Part shown: one piece after another, positions 17,649 through 26,682 of the stretch
How positions within the stretch are numbered: the first letter of the stretch is position 1
Layout: each line of letters opens with the position of its first letter
Source: Gemmatimonadales bacterium
GTDB taxonomy: Bacteria; Gemmatimonadota; Gemmatimonadetes; Gemmatimonadales; GWC2-71-9
Length of the DNA stretch: 31,190 nt
NCBI GenBank assembly: GCA_025924275.1
Contig: JAICEH010000001.1
Span: 1 to 31,190, forward strand
Reading direction: 5' to 3'
Notes under the pieces: generated by a model
What the model saw: the letters and a program-made list of their open reading frames with translations, nothing else
Databases searched by the model: none
Told to the model about the DNA's origin: nothing
Program-made: the position numbers and the translations under genes

Positions 17649-17921
17649 ATGGCCCGAAAGAAAGCTCAGCCGCGTCAACAGCCGACCAATCCCTCGTCGT
17701 TCGACCAGGCCCGGGACGAACTCTTCAGCCACATCCTCCGATGCGGCGTGATCGAGGCCGAACCGCCGCACCAGAAGGACTGGTTCGACGACACGATGCA
17801 GTACATCGCCGAGCGGTACACCGACCTGCCCGAGGAGTCGCTCGGCCAGATCCGGCTCCTGGGCGAGCGATACTGCCAGCCGGTGGTCCGCCGCCCGGAG
17901 GCGGTCGGATCGACGCCCTGA
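17649..17921 (+). CDS. Hypothetical protein (90 aa)
   Basis: AAGGA before ATG; globular-looking sequence (FDQARDELFSHILRC...WFDDTMQYIAERY); upstream promoter. Confidence 0.75.
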   Translation: MARKKAQPRQQPTNPSSFDQARDELFSHILRCGVIEAEPPHQKDWFDDTMQYIAERYTDLPEESLGQIRLLGERYCQPVVRRPEAVGSTP

Positions 17922-17981
17922 GTGCCCGATGAGTCGCGACGCCCCGCTTCCCGCGGGGCGTCGTGCATCGGGGCCCCCGCC

Positions 17982-18398
17982 TCAGTCCGGGACCAGCCGC
18001 AGTTCGTGGGTGACCCGGATGTCCTGCCGGAGGGAGTGGACCACGGAGCAGTACTTCTCCATCGAGAGCTCCACCGCGCGCCGGGCCTTCGCCTCCTCCG
18101 CCTCCCCGCCCTCCAGGACGAAGACCAGCCGCACCTCGGTGTAGTACCGCGGGTGCTCCTCCCGCCGGGTGCCCTCGGCCTCGACCCGGAACCGCGCCGG
18201 GAGCGCCCGCATCTTCTCCAGGATGCTCACCACGTCGGCCCCGGTGCAGGCGGCGAGCATCGCCAGCAGGCCCGCCATCGGCCCGGGCGCCTCGAGCCCG
18301 TCGCCGTCGACCAGGATCGGCGGGCGCCCCGCCTCGCCACCCCGGAAGCGGAGCCCGCCGGTCCACTCCAGCGCCACCTGCTTCACCTCGCCCGCCAT
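17982..18398 (-). CDS. OsmC/YhfA family protein
   Basis: PGPM..LL..LAACTGADV and SMEKYCSV (two conserved Cys); GGAGG SD. Confidence 0.9.
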   Translation of the reverse strand: MAGEVKQVALEWTGGLRFRGGEAGRPPILVDGDGLEAPGPMAGLLAMLAACTGADVVSILEKMRALPARFRVEAEGTRREEHPRYYTEVRLVFVLEGGEAEEAKARRAVELSMEKYCSVVHSLRQDIRVTHELRLVPD

Positions 18399-18415
18399 GC
18401 GGCCTCCGCTCCGGT

Positions 18416-18964
18416 TCAGGTCCCGACGGGACGGCGGGCCCCCCGTGCCTGCGCGTAGTCCCAGATGGCGTACATCGCGATGCCCGCCGTGGCCCAGGCC
18501 ATCGGCCGGAGCAGTTCCGAGCCGGTGACGAAGGCGAGCAGGGTCAGGTTCTGGGCCAGGGTGACCGCCTTCCCGCCGGCGCGGGCGGGAATGCTGCTCG
18601 GGCGGCCGCCGTGGAGGGTCGCCACGAAGGCGAACGCCGCCACGATGTCGCGGAGGAGCACGCCGGCGATCTCGTAGGGCTCGAGCCGGCCGGAGACCAG
18701 CACGACCCAGAAGGCGGCGGCCATGAACAGCTTGTCGGCCACCGGGTCGAGGAAGACGCCCAGCCGCGAGGGCCCGAACCGCCGGGCGATCAGGCCGTCC
18801 AGCAGGTCGCTCCCCGCCGCGAGCGCCAGGATGAGGAAGCGCCACCGGGCGTCCTCCACCAGCACGAACGCGGCGGCGAGCGGGAGCCGGAGCGCCGTCA
18901 GCGCGTCCGCTGCTCCCCACGCCTTCGCTTGTCGCTCCCCGAGGCTCGCACTAGCTTCGACCAT
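18416..18964 (-). CDS. CDP-alcohol phosphatidyltransferase family protein
   Basis: DxxDGxxAR...GxxxDxxxD signature (SDLLDGLIARRFGPSRLGVFLDPVADK). Confidence 0.92.
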   Translation of the reverse strand: MVEASASLGERQAKAWGAADALTALRLPLAAAFVLVEDARWRFLILALAAGSDLLDGLIARRFGPSRLGVFLDPVADKLFMAAAFWVVLVSGRLEPYEIAGVLLRDIVAAFAFVATLHGGRPSSIPARAGGKAVTLAQNLTLLAFVTGSELLRPMAWATAGIAMYAIWDYAQARGARRPVGT

Positions 18965-19047
18965 TCCGCCCCCCGCGGCGGGCGGCGCGGACGCGCTCCG
19001 CACCGGTCCCCCCCAAACAGACCCCCGCGCGGCGGGCCATCGAAGCG

Positions 19048-19353
19048 ATGAGCGACTGGAGCCACTGGGTGCAGGAGTTCTCCGGCCTGAACGGCGACCG
19101 CCTGGTCGACCCGGCGGCGCTGGCCGCCGCCGCCGTGGCCGCCGCGGCCGCCATCGGCCTGGCGCCCCATGGGCCGCCGCTCGCCCGGTCCGGGCCGGAG
19201 GGGGTGGACGTCCTGCTGGCGGGGCACGGCGGGCACATCGCCCTCCACGCGATTCCCTCCCGCGGCGCCTGCCTCGCCGACGTCGCCACCCGCCAGCCGC
19301 TGGCGGCCGCCCGCGCCGGCGAGATCCTCGCGCGCCGGCTGGGGGCGCGCTAG
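19048..19353 (+). CDS. S-adenosylmethionine decarboxylase (SpeH/SpeD)-like protein lacking the cleavage-site Ser
   Basis: By-eye alignment to class 1B AdoMetDC: H.V.EF, GV....GGHIALHAIP..G....DV, where enzymes have ESH..IHTWPE.G....D..TC. Confidence 0.6.
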   Translation: MSDWSHWVQEFSGLNGDRLVDPAALAAAAVAAAAAIGLAPHGPPLARSGPEGVDVLLAGHGGHIALHAIPSRGACLADVATRQPLAAARAGEILARRLGAR

Positions 19354-19372
19354 CCGACGCCGCGGCGGGCGC

Positions 19373-20083
19373 TCAGTCCCGCGCGCCGCCGCCGAGGGGG
19401 CGGCGCTCGAGCAGGAGGAGTGTCGCCGCCACCAGCCCCGCCCCGTACAGCCCGGCGTGCAGGGCGTCGGCCGCATCCAGTCCGGCGCCCAGCCGGTGCA
19501 TCGGCGGGAGCACCGCGTGCAGCCACCGGAGCGCCGCCCAGAGATCCACGCCGCGCCCGAGCAGGTCGGCGACGGTGTTCTGGAAGACGTGGATGAGGAG
19601 GGCCGCGAGCCAGTCGCGCGGGCCCGAGGTGCCCGCCGTGGAGAGGAAGAAGACCGTCCCGCCCAGCAGCAGGTAGGTGAGGGCCAGCTGTCCCACCAGC
19701 CCGGGATCGAGGCCGGACTCCCCGGTGCGGGCCAGCACGGCCAGACCCGTCGAGGCCACGGCGGCCAGCACCAGCGCGAAGCCCAGCAGCCACCGCACCA
19801 GGTAGAAGAGCGCCGGCCGGACCGGGCGGGCGAAGTAGAACCGGTAGTAGCCCTCCACCCGGTCGGTGCGGACGATCTCCCCGGTCGCCACCAGCACCAG
19901 CGGCCACCCCACCTGCTGGAGGTAGCCGGCCAGCAGGGTCGCGCCGCCCGCCTCCAGGGCCGCGCCGGGCAGCTTCCACACCAGCACGGCGAAGAAGCCC
20001 GAGATGATGGCCGCCACCAGGCCCGGCCCGCGCAGCACGTCGCGCGCCTGCCACCCGAGATACGCCGCCGGGTAGCCGCTCAT
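19373..20083 (-). CDS. Putative ABC transporter permease
   Basis: Multiple TM segments, DRVEGYYRFYFARPV loop; coupled to the ATPase gene. Confidence 0.75.
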   Translation of the reverse strand: MSGYPAAYLGWQARDVLRGPGLVAAIISGFFAVLVWKLPGAALEAGGATLLAGYLQQVGWPLVLVATGEIVRTDRVEGYYRFYFARPVRPALFYLVRWLLGFALVLAAVASTGLAVLARTGESGLDPGLVGQLALTYLLLGGTVFFLSTAGTSGPRDWLAALLIHVFQNTVADLLGRGVDLWAALRWLHAVLPPMHRLGAGLDAADALHAGLYGAGLVAATLLLLERRPLGGGARD

Positions 20084-20985
20084 CCTTCGCCCACCGCCTC
20101 GCGGAACGCCGCCTCGAGCCGGCTCCGCTCCGGGTACCACGCCTCCACCACCGCGCCGGCCTCGAGCAGCACCCGGAGTGCTGCCGACAGCTCGGCCGCC
20201 TCGCCCCGGACCCGCACCTCGATCCCGCCGCTCCCGACCGGCTCCGCCCCCGGGAAGGCGATGGCGAGGGCCGGGTGTGGTGCCGCGAGGCGCAGGCGCC
20301 GCCACCCGCCCGTGGGGCCGGCGCCCGGTTCCGCCACCCGCTCGAGCCGGCCCCGGTGCAGGATCGCGACCCGGTCGGCCACCCGCTCCAGCTCGTCCAG
20401 GTTGTGGGAGGCCACCACGATCACCCGGCCCGGGCGCCGCTCCTCCCGCACCACGTCGCGGAAGCGCTGGGTCCAGAGCGGGTCGAGGCCGTGGGTCGGC
20501 TCGTCCAGGATGAGCAGGGCGTGGTCGGCCAGGAGCGCCTGGGCCAGCCCCAGCCGCTGCAGGGTCCCCTTGGAGAGCTGCCGCACCTGCTTGCCGGCGT
20601 GCTCCTCGAGCCCCAGCCGCTCGATCGCCGCCGCGACCCGCCGCGCCCGCTCGCGGCCCGGCATGCCCGAGAGCACCGCGGCCCGCGCCAGGGCATCCGC
20701 GGCACGCCACCGCCCGGGGAGGGCCACCAGCTCGGGGAGGTAGCCCGCGCCGCGGGCCCGCACCCAGGCCCGGGGCGCCCGGCCGTCGATCGCCACCCGG
20801 CCGGCGCTCGGGTCGAGGAAGCCGAGGAGCAGCGAGATGAGCGTGGACTTCCCGGCGCCGTTCGGCCCGGCGATCCCCAGCACCTCCCCGTCCGGGATGG
20901 CGAGGGTCACGCCGGTGAGCGCCTCCACGGCGCGGCGCCGGAGCGGGCTCCGGTAGGTCTTGCCCAGCCCGTCGAGCGTGATCAA
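20080..20985 (-). CDS. ABC transporter ATP-binding protein
   Basis: GPNGAGKST, LSKGTLQR, LILDEPTHGLD, SHNL; TTG start overlapping the TPR stop (TTGA). Confidence 0.92.
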   Translation of the reverse strand: MITLDGLGKTYRSPLRRRAVEALTGVTLAIPDGEVLGIAGPNGAGKSTLISLLLGFLDPSAGRVAIDGRAPRAWVRARGAGYLPELVALPGRWRAADALARAAVLSGMPGRERARRVAAAIERLGLEEHAGKQVRQLSKGTLQRLGLAQALLADHALLILDEPTHGLDPLWTQRFRDVVREERRPGRVIVVASHNLDELERVADRVAILHRGRLERVAEPGAGPTGGWRRLRLAAPHPALAIAFPGAEPVGSGGIEVRVRGEAAELSAALRVLLEAGAVVEAWYPERSRLEAAFREAVGEG

Positions 20986-22100
20986 TGGATGATGCGGAGG
21001 ACCCCGGCCTCGGCGCTGCCGCGGATGAACGCCTCCGCGTCGGTGACCGGGATGATCACCCCGGTCTCCGCCCGGCCCTTCCGCGCCAGCCCCGCCATGA
21101 ACTCGGTCAGCGTGCAGTCGGACCACTCCCGGTCCGCCGCCTTCATCTGCAGCAGGATCTCCTCCCAGCTGCCCCGGAAGAGCCGGCCCGCGAGCGTCGC
21201 CACCAGGTGGGTGTCGGCCGCGGCCGCGCGCTTCTGCATCGCCTGCAGCTCCTGGTGCATCGCCCCGAAGAGCTCGAGCTGGCTCGGGTCCCGGACCGTG
21301 CCGTCGGGCTGCTGCGCCTCGACCTCCGCCAGCAGCAGGTCCACCGGGTCCGGCTCCGCCGCCACCTCGCCCAGTCGGTGGAGCCAGGGCTGCAGCTCGG
21401 GGTCGTCGTCGGGGAGCCGGTAGGTCGCCTTCCGGAGCTCGATGTAGCGCCACAGCCCGAGCTCGTCGTAGTGGTCCTCCGGGCTGGTGCGCTCCAGGTG
21501 GTGCAGGGCCGCCTCGCTCTCCCCCCGGTCGTAGAGCAGGTTGGCCAGGTAGATGCGGGCCTCGGTGAAGTCCGGATCCACCTCGAGCGCGCGCCGCAGC
21601 CAGTAGAGCGCGTTCGCCTCCCGTCCCAGCCGGTGTGCCGCGTAGCCCACGCACGCCGAGGCGTCCGGGGAGTCCGGCTGCGCCTGGATCGCGTACTCGA
21701 AGTAGCGGTGCGCCTGCGCCAGCAGGCCCTCGCGGAAGAGCGCCCGCCCCACCTGCAGCATCAGCTCGTGGTCGTCCTTGAAGCCGAGCTCGAGGATCCG
21801 GTCGAAGATCCCGAGCGCCGTCTCCCGGTGGCCGAACTTGAGCAGCGACTCGCCCAGGCCCGCCAGCGCGTCCTCGTGGTCGGGATCCAGGGACGATGCC
21901 CGCTCGAAGCCGCGCCGCGCCCAGGCGAATTCCTCCCGGGCCAGGTGCGCGTAGGCGAGCCCGACCAGCAGGTCCACGTTGTTGGGGTAGAGGCTCAGCC
22001 CTTCCCGGAGGATCCCGAGGGCTTCGTCGTAGCGTCCTTCATTGTAGAGCTGGTGGGCATTCTCGTCGTACTCGTCGGAGCTCAGGAAGCGATCCGACAT
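20982..22100 (-). CDS. Tetratricopeptide repeat protein
   Basis: Repeated TPR helices (YNEGRYDEAL..LREGLSLYP; A..LDPDH; YAIQAQPDS; RALEVDPDF) plus a non-TPR C-terminal region. Confidence 0.9.
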   Translation of the reverse strand: MSDRFLSSDEYDENAHQLYNEGRYDEALGILREGLSLYPNNVDLLVGLAYAHLAREEFAWARRGFERASSLDPDHEDALAGLGESLLKFGHRETALGIFDRILELGFKDDHELMLQVGRALFREGLLAQAHRYFEYAIQAQPDSPDASACVGYAAHRLGREANALYWLRRALEVDPDFTEARIYLANLLYDRGESEAALHHLERTSPEDHYDELGLWRYIELRKATYRLPDDDPELQPWLHRLGEVAAEPDPVDLLLAEVEAQQPDGTVRDPSQLELFGAMHQELQAMQKRAAAADTHLVATLAGRLFRGSWEEILLQMKAADREWSDCTLTEFMAGLARKGRAETGVIIPVTDAEAFIRGSAEAGVLRIIH

Positions 22101-22132
22101 CCGGGAAGCCTCCGGCAGGCGGGTTGTGCACA

Positions 22133-22161
22133 AACGTAAGAAATGTGGGCAACCCCGGCAA
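22133..22161 (-). promoter_or_regulatory. Candidate sigma70 promoter TTGCCG-N17-TACGTT for the TPR-ABC operon
   Basis: Motif and spacing in an AT-enriched intergenic patch. Confidence 0.5.
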
Positions 22162-22218
22162 GACCAAGAAGACCAACGAGTTTGGTGTGTGGATTGTCAT
22201 CGCGGACTGGAGTTGTCC

Positions 22219-22902
22219 TCAGTCCGCGCCGCACCCTGCCTGCACGAGGGCGACGTGGGCCGCCCGGGTGAGCCGGATTCGGGCGAGCACGCGGTCGCCG
22301 TCGGTCGCCGTCGTGACGGTCTCGAGATGGCGCTCCCAGGCGGCCGGCAGCGGGCCGTCGCCCCACGCCAGCGTCCGGCCCTCGTCCCCCACGGTGCGCG
22401 CCGCCAGCCGGCCGCGGCCGGTGTCGAGGGAATCGTCCCGCGCGATGACGCGGTGGGCGGGGCCGTGCGGGAGGAAGTCCTCGAGCAGCGGGCCCAGGTC
22501 CATCACGGCCGCCACCTCGTCCGGGATGAACGGGCGCGCCGACTCGTGCCAGGTGCCCGCGGAATCGAGGACGCCGCGCCAGCGTCCGCCCAGGAGTCCG
22601 CTGGCGTCGGGCGCCGCCTCGCCCTCGGGCGCCCGCACCCGGAGGACGAGCGAGTCGTACCACGCCTCGATCGCGAGCCCGCCCGCGGCCGGCGACACCG
22701 CGAGGAGGAGGCGCCCCTCGCGCTCCACCGTGACCTCCCGGCGGCGCCCGCCCGCCTCGCTCCGCGTGGTGGCGAGCACCCGCTCGGCGTAGGCGAAACA
22801 ACCGGAGGCCGCCCCGTACCGCGGGACGGCCTCCGGTTCCTGCGCCGCCAGCCCGGCGCCCCCGAGCGCGCCCGTGAGCGCGAGGAGGACCGCCCGCCTC
22901 AC
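22219..22902 (-). CDS. Hypothetical secreted protein
   Basis: GTG start overlapping the pruA stop; signal peptide RRAVLLALTGALGGAGLAA-QE; beta-strand-rich. Confidence 0.6.
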   Translation of the reverse strand: MRRAVLLALTGALGGAGLAAQEPEAVPRYGAASGCFAYAERVLATTRSEAGGRRREVTVEREGRLLLAVSPAAGGLAIEAWYDSLVLRVRAPEGEAAPDASGLLGGRWRGVLDSAGTWHESARPFIPDEVAAVMDLGPLLEDFLPHGPAHRVIARDDSLDTGRGRLAARTVGDEGRTLAWGDGPLPAAWERHLETVTTATDGDRVLARIRLTRAAHVALVQAGCGAD

Positions 22903-24527
22903 TCCGCGCCGAGGAACGGGTAGCGCCAGTCGTGCGGCGCGACGAACGTCTCCTTGATCGTCCGCGGCGACACCCAGCGTACCAGGTTGAGGATCGAGCC
23001 TGCCTTGTCGTTGGTGCCGCTGGCCCGCGCCCCGCCGAAGGGCTGCTGGCCCACCACGGCACCGGTGGGCTTGTCGTTCACGTAGTAGTTCCCCGCCGCC
23101 TGGCGGAGCGCCCGGTCGGCGGTGGCGAGCGCGGCGCGGTCCCGGGCGAAGACCGCCCCGGTGAGCGCGTAGGGGCTGGTCCGGTCCACCAGCTGGAGCG
23201 TCGCCTCCCACTCCCGCTCCGGGTAGACGTACGCCGTCAGCACCGGCCCGAACAGCTCCTCGCACATGAGCGTGTGCGCCGGGTCCTCGCTCCGGATCAG
23301 CGTGGGCTCGACGAAGAACCCGGTGGCGTCGTCCGTTCCGCCGCCCGCGACGATCTCGAGCGCGGGATCCTTTCGCGCGGCGTCGAGGTAGCCCTTGAGC
23401 TTGGTGAACGACTTCCGGTCGATCACCGCGCCCATGAAGTTGCGGAAGTCGCCGGTGTCGCCCATCCGGAGCTCGGCGATCATCGCCGCGAGCCGGTCCC
23501 GCACCTCGGGCCAGAGGTTCGCCGGGACGTAGGCGCGGCTGGCGGCGGAGCACTTCTGTCCCTGGTACTCGAAGGCGCCGCGGAGGAGGGCCACCGCCAG
23601 CGCCTGCGGGTCGGCGCTCGCGTGCGCCACCACGAAGTCCTTGCCCCCGGTCTCCCCGACCAGCCGCGGGTAGCCGGCGTAGCCGTCGATGTTGGCGGCG
23701 ACGCCCTTCCACAGCGAGTGGAACACCGCGGTGGAGCCGGTGAAGTGGATCCCCGCGAGGTGGCGGTCGGCGACGAGCCGGGCGGAGATGGCCGCCGAGT
23801 TCCCCGGGAGGAAGTTGATGACACCGGGCGGGAGCCCCGCCGCCTGCAGCACCCGGAAGACGTGCCAGTTGCTGAGCAGCGCGGTGGCCGCCGGCTTCCA
23901 GACCGCGACGTTGCCCATCAGCACCGGCGCCGTCGGCAGGTTGCCGCCGATCGCCGTGAAGTTGAAGGGCGTGATGGCGTAGACGAAGCCCTCGAGCGGC
24001 CGGTGGTCGAGCCGGTTCCACACCCCGGGCGAGGACACCGGCTGTTCCGCGTACAGCCGCTCGGCATAGTGGACGTTGAAACGCCAGAAGTCGATCAGCT
24101 CGCAGGCACTGTCGATCTCCGCCTGGTGGGCCGTCTTGCTCTGGCCCAGCATCGTGGCGGCGTTCACCGTGGGGCGCCACGGCCCGGCGAGGAGGTCCGC
24201 CGCCCGGAGCAGCACCGCCGCCCGGTCCTCGAATCGCGTCGCCGCCCACTCCCGCTGGGCCTCCACCGCGGTCGATACCGCCCGGGCGATGGTCTCCGGC
24301 GTCGCCTGGTGCGCCCGGGCGAGCACCCGCCGGTGCTCGTGGGGCGATACCACGTCCACCAGGTCGCCGGAGCGGACCTCTTCGCCTCCCACGACGCAGG
24401 GGATCTCGATGGGCTCGTCCCGCATCCGGGCGAGGGTCGCCTTGAGCGCGGCGCGCTCCGGGCTGCCGGGGGCGTAGGCGAGGACCGGCTCGTTGGCCGG
24501 GAGGGGAATGTTCGGGACGCTGCTCAT
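22899..24527 (-). CDS. pruA: L-glutamate gamma-semialdehyde (P5C) dehydrogenase
   Basis: NEPVLAYAPGSPER, GQSKTAHQAEIDSACELIDFWRFN, GETGGKDF, FEYQGQKCSAASR, EELFGP. Confidence 0.95.
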   Translation of the reverse strand: MSSVPNIPLPANEPVLAYAPGSPERAALKATLARMRDEPIEIPCVVGGEEVRSGDLVDVVSPHEHRRVLARAHQATPETIARAVSTAVEAQREWAATRFEDRAAVLLRAADLLAGPWRPTVNAATMLGQSKTAHQAEIDSACELIDFWRFNVHYAERLYAEQPVSSPGVWNRLDHRPLEGFVYAITPFNFTAIGGNLPTAPVLMGNVAVWKPAATALLSNWHVFRVLQAAGLPPGVINFLPGNSAAISARLVADRHLAGIHFTGSTAVFHSLWKGVAANIDGYAGYPRLVGETGGKDFVVAHASADPQALAVALLRGAFEYQGQKCSAASRAYVPANLWPEVRDRLAAMIAELRMGDTGDFRNFMGAVIDRKSFTKLKGYLDAARKDPALEIVAGGGTDDATGFFVEPTLIRSEDPAHTLMCEELFGPVLTAYVYPEREWEATLQLVDRTSPYALTGAVFARDRAALATADRALRQAAGNYYVNDKPTGAVVGQQPFGGARASGTNDKAGSILNLVRWVSPRTIKETFVAPHDWRYPFLGAE

Positions 24528-24591
24528 CGGGACCACCGCGCTGGGGTGCTGGACCGGGGGCGGGATCGGGCCCGCCGGCGCGGAGGGGAGC

Positions 24592-25593
24592 TTAGGGCCG
24601 GCCGGTCCCCGGGGCAACCGCGGCCTGCACCGCCGGCGGCGGCGGCTCGGGACCGCCGAAGCGCGGCGTGGAGACCGGCGTGAGCCCGCGGGACTCGAGC
24701 GCGACCCGGCCCGCCGGGGAAAGGAGGAAGGCGACGAAGGCCGTCGCGTCCGCCGGGTTGGGGGCGGCGCGGGGCACGGTGGCGGCGTAGGCGATCGGGG
24801 CGCCGCGGATCATGATCGAGTCGCCGCCGCCGAGCTCCGCGCCGGGCAGCCGCACGACCGCGCGGGCGTACGACTCGGCGCGCGCCGGGTCGCTCAGGTC
24901 CACCGCCGCGCCAAGGGCGGCGTGGGGCAGCCCGCGCTCCACCGCGATGCTGCGGTACGACCAGGCGTAGTCCACCTCGCCCGCCTCGACCAGGGCAGTG
25001 AGTTCCGCCTCCTTCGGGCGCAGGTAGCGGGGCGGCATCGCCGCGAGGAGCCGCGCCGCGAGCCCCGGCTCCCCGGCCTCGAGCTCCGCCAGCTGGAGGA
25101 CCATCAGCGTCCGGTAGCCATTGGGGTCCAGGGCCGGCTCCGCGCGCGCGGTCCGCACCCCCGGGGCCAGGAGTCCGCGCGCCCACGTCGCGGAGTCGAG
25201 CGCGGGGGCGTCGGGCCGCTGCAGGAGCACCATCGCGTTGGTGGCGAAGACGGCGTGCCACGCCGCGTGCGCCGGCTCGATCAGCTCCGCGAGCACCGCT
25301 TCGTCCGCCACCGCCAGCACGTCCGGGACCTTGCCCAGCTCGGTGAGCTTCCGCGCGGCCTCGAGACTGCCGCTGGATTCCTGCAGCACGCGCACCCCGG
25401 GGTGCGCGCGCTCGAAGGCGCGTGCCGCCGCGGCGATCGGCACCGCCAGCGAGCCCGCATTGTACACCGTGATCGAGCGGGGGGGCTCCCCGGCGCACCC
25501 GGGAAGCTGGCCCGCCAGCGCGGCCAGGAGTGCCGCCGACGCCCGGCCCGCGGCAGGTCGGTGGGCGCGAGTCTCGCGAGCGGGCATCGGCAT
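24592..25593 (-). CDS. wtpA: WtpA-like tungstate/molybdate-binding lipoprotein
   Basis: YNAGSL, ESSGSLEAARKLTELGK.PDVLAVAD, FATNAMVL, DPNGYR, RPKEAEL, GAPIAYAATVP; LPG-C lipobox. Confidence 0.75.
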   Translation of the reverse strand: MPMPARETRAHRPAAGRASAALLAALAGQLPGCAGEPPRSITVYNAGSLAVPIAAAARAFERAHPGVRVLQESSGSLEAARKLTELGKVPDVLAVADEAVLAELIEPAHAAWHAVFATNAMVLLQRPDAPALDSATWARGLLAPGVRTARAEPALDPNGYRTLMVLQLAELEAGEPGLAARLLAAMPPRYLRPKEAELTALVEAGEVDYAWSYRSIAVERGLPHAALGAAVDLSDPARAESYARAVVRLPGAELGGGDSIMIRGAPIAYAATVPRAAPNPADATAFVAFLLSPAGRVALESRGLTPVSTPRFGGPEPPPPAVQAAVAPGTGRP

Positions 25594-25689
25594 CCCGGTG
25601 CGGGAGTGGAGGTGGCGCGTATATTACGGCACGCGCCGGGGCGCACGCCATCCCGGCCGCGACACCCCGACCCTCCACGAGATCGCTCC

Positions 25690-26076
25690 ATGCGACGCCG
25701 CATCCTGCTTCCGCTCCTCCTCCTCGCGGCCGCCTGCCCCGGGTACGACAGCTACACCCCGCTCGCGCGCGACGCGGGCCAGGTGCCGGCCGACCGGTTC
25801 GCGGCCTACGGCACCGAGCAGGCGCAGGCCGTGGCGATCGGCCGCGAGTTCGCGATGGCCTACGTGGACGACACGCCCGAGGGCCGGGCCTCGCAGGCGG
25901 ACGCCGCCATCGCCTTCGCGCGGCGCATGCCCGACGTCGCCGACGTCCAGGCGGACACCCTGGGGCACCGGCTGACCGTCACCTTCAGGAGCGGATGGGT
26001 GAAGGGCATCGTGCCGATCGACGACGGCAAGACCGGCGCCGAGACCCCGCACCTCCCGGGCGCCCGCACCCGCTGA
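25690..26076 (+). CDS. Hypothetical lipoprotein
   Basis: MRRRILLPLLLLAAA-C signal and lipobox; 128 aa. Confidence 0.75.
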   Translation: MRRRILLPLLLLAAACPGYDSYTPLARDAGQVPADRFAAYGTEQAQAVAIGREFAMAYVDDTPEGRASQADAAIAFARRMPDVADVQADTLGHRLTVTFRSGWVKGIVPIDDGKTGAETPHLPGARTR

Positions 26077-26077
26077 C

Positions 26078-26416
26078 GTGACCGACGTCGTCGAGGTCGC
26101 CGTCGCGGTGCCCGATCGGGCGCTGGCCGAGCGCCTCGCCGAGGTGCTGGTCACGGAGCGGCTCGCCGCCTGCGTGCAGGTCGGCGGTCCGGTCGCGAGC
26201 ATCTACCGCTGGGAAGGGCGGGTGAAGCGGGCCGAGGAATGGACCTGCCGGGCCAAGACCACGCGGGCCGCGCTCCCCGCACTCGAGCGGCGGGTGCGGG
26301 CCCTCCACCCCTACCAGCTGCCGGAGGTCCTCGCCACCCCCGTCACCGGCGCCGCGGGGTACCTCGATTGGGTGCGCGCCGAAGTCGTCCTCCCCAGCCC
26401 GGACGGTGCCGGATGA
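26078..26416 (+). CDS. cutA: Divalent-cation tolerance protein CutA
   Basis: LVTERLAACVQV, SIYRWEG, HPYQLPEV. Confidence 0.95.
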   Translation: MTDVVEVAVAVPDRALAERLAEVLVTERLAACVQVGGPVASIYRWEGRVKRAEEWTCRAKTTRAALPALERRVRALHPYQLPEVLATPVTGAAGYLDWVRAEVVLPSPDGAG

Positions 26417-26682
26417 AGCGTGGGACGGTCATCACCCTCGTGGTCGTCGCCCTGTTCGTGGGCCTGCTCGCCATCTCCACGCTCCGCGCCCAGCGGGCCG
26501 AATGCGACGTGTGCGTCGTATTCAACGGCACCCGGAACTGCGCCACCGCCAGCGCCGCGTCCGAGGACGAGGCGGCGGAGTCGGCCCAGCGCACCGCCTG
26601 CGGACCGCTCGCCAACGGCATGAACGAATCCATCGCGTGCAGCAACCGGCCGCCGGCCTCCCGGCAGTGCCGCACGCGGTGA
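26413..26682 (+). CDS. Small membrane-anchored six-cysteine protein
   Basis: N-terminal TM, CDVC...NC...TAC...IAC...QC; ATGA and GTGA coupling on both sides. Confidence 0.75.
   Translation: MKRGTVITLVVVALFVGLLAISTLRAQRAECDVCVVFNGTRNCATASAASEDEAAESAQRTACGPLANGMNESIACSNRPPASRQCRTR

Noticed and set aside
25614-25637. Palindrome GGCGCGT-N10-ACGCGCC around TATATTA upstream of the wtpA-like gene as a ModE-type operator
   Set aside because: Does not match the ModE box; more simply overlapping divergent -10 elements in GC-rich DNA.
26413-26682. Six-Cys protein as a c-type cytochrome, given ccm genes nearby
   Set aside because: CDVC is followed by Val, not His; no CxxCH.
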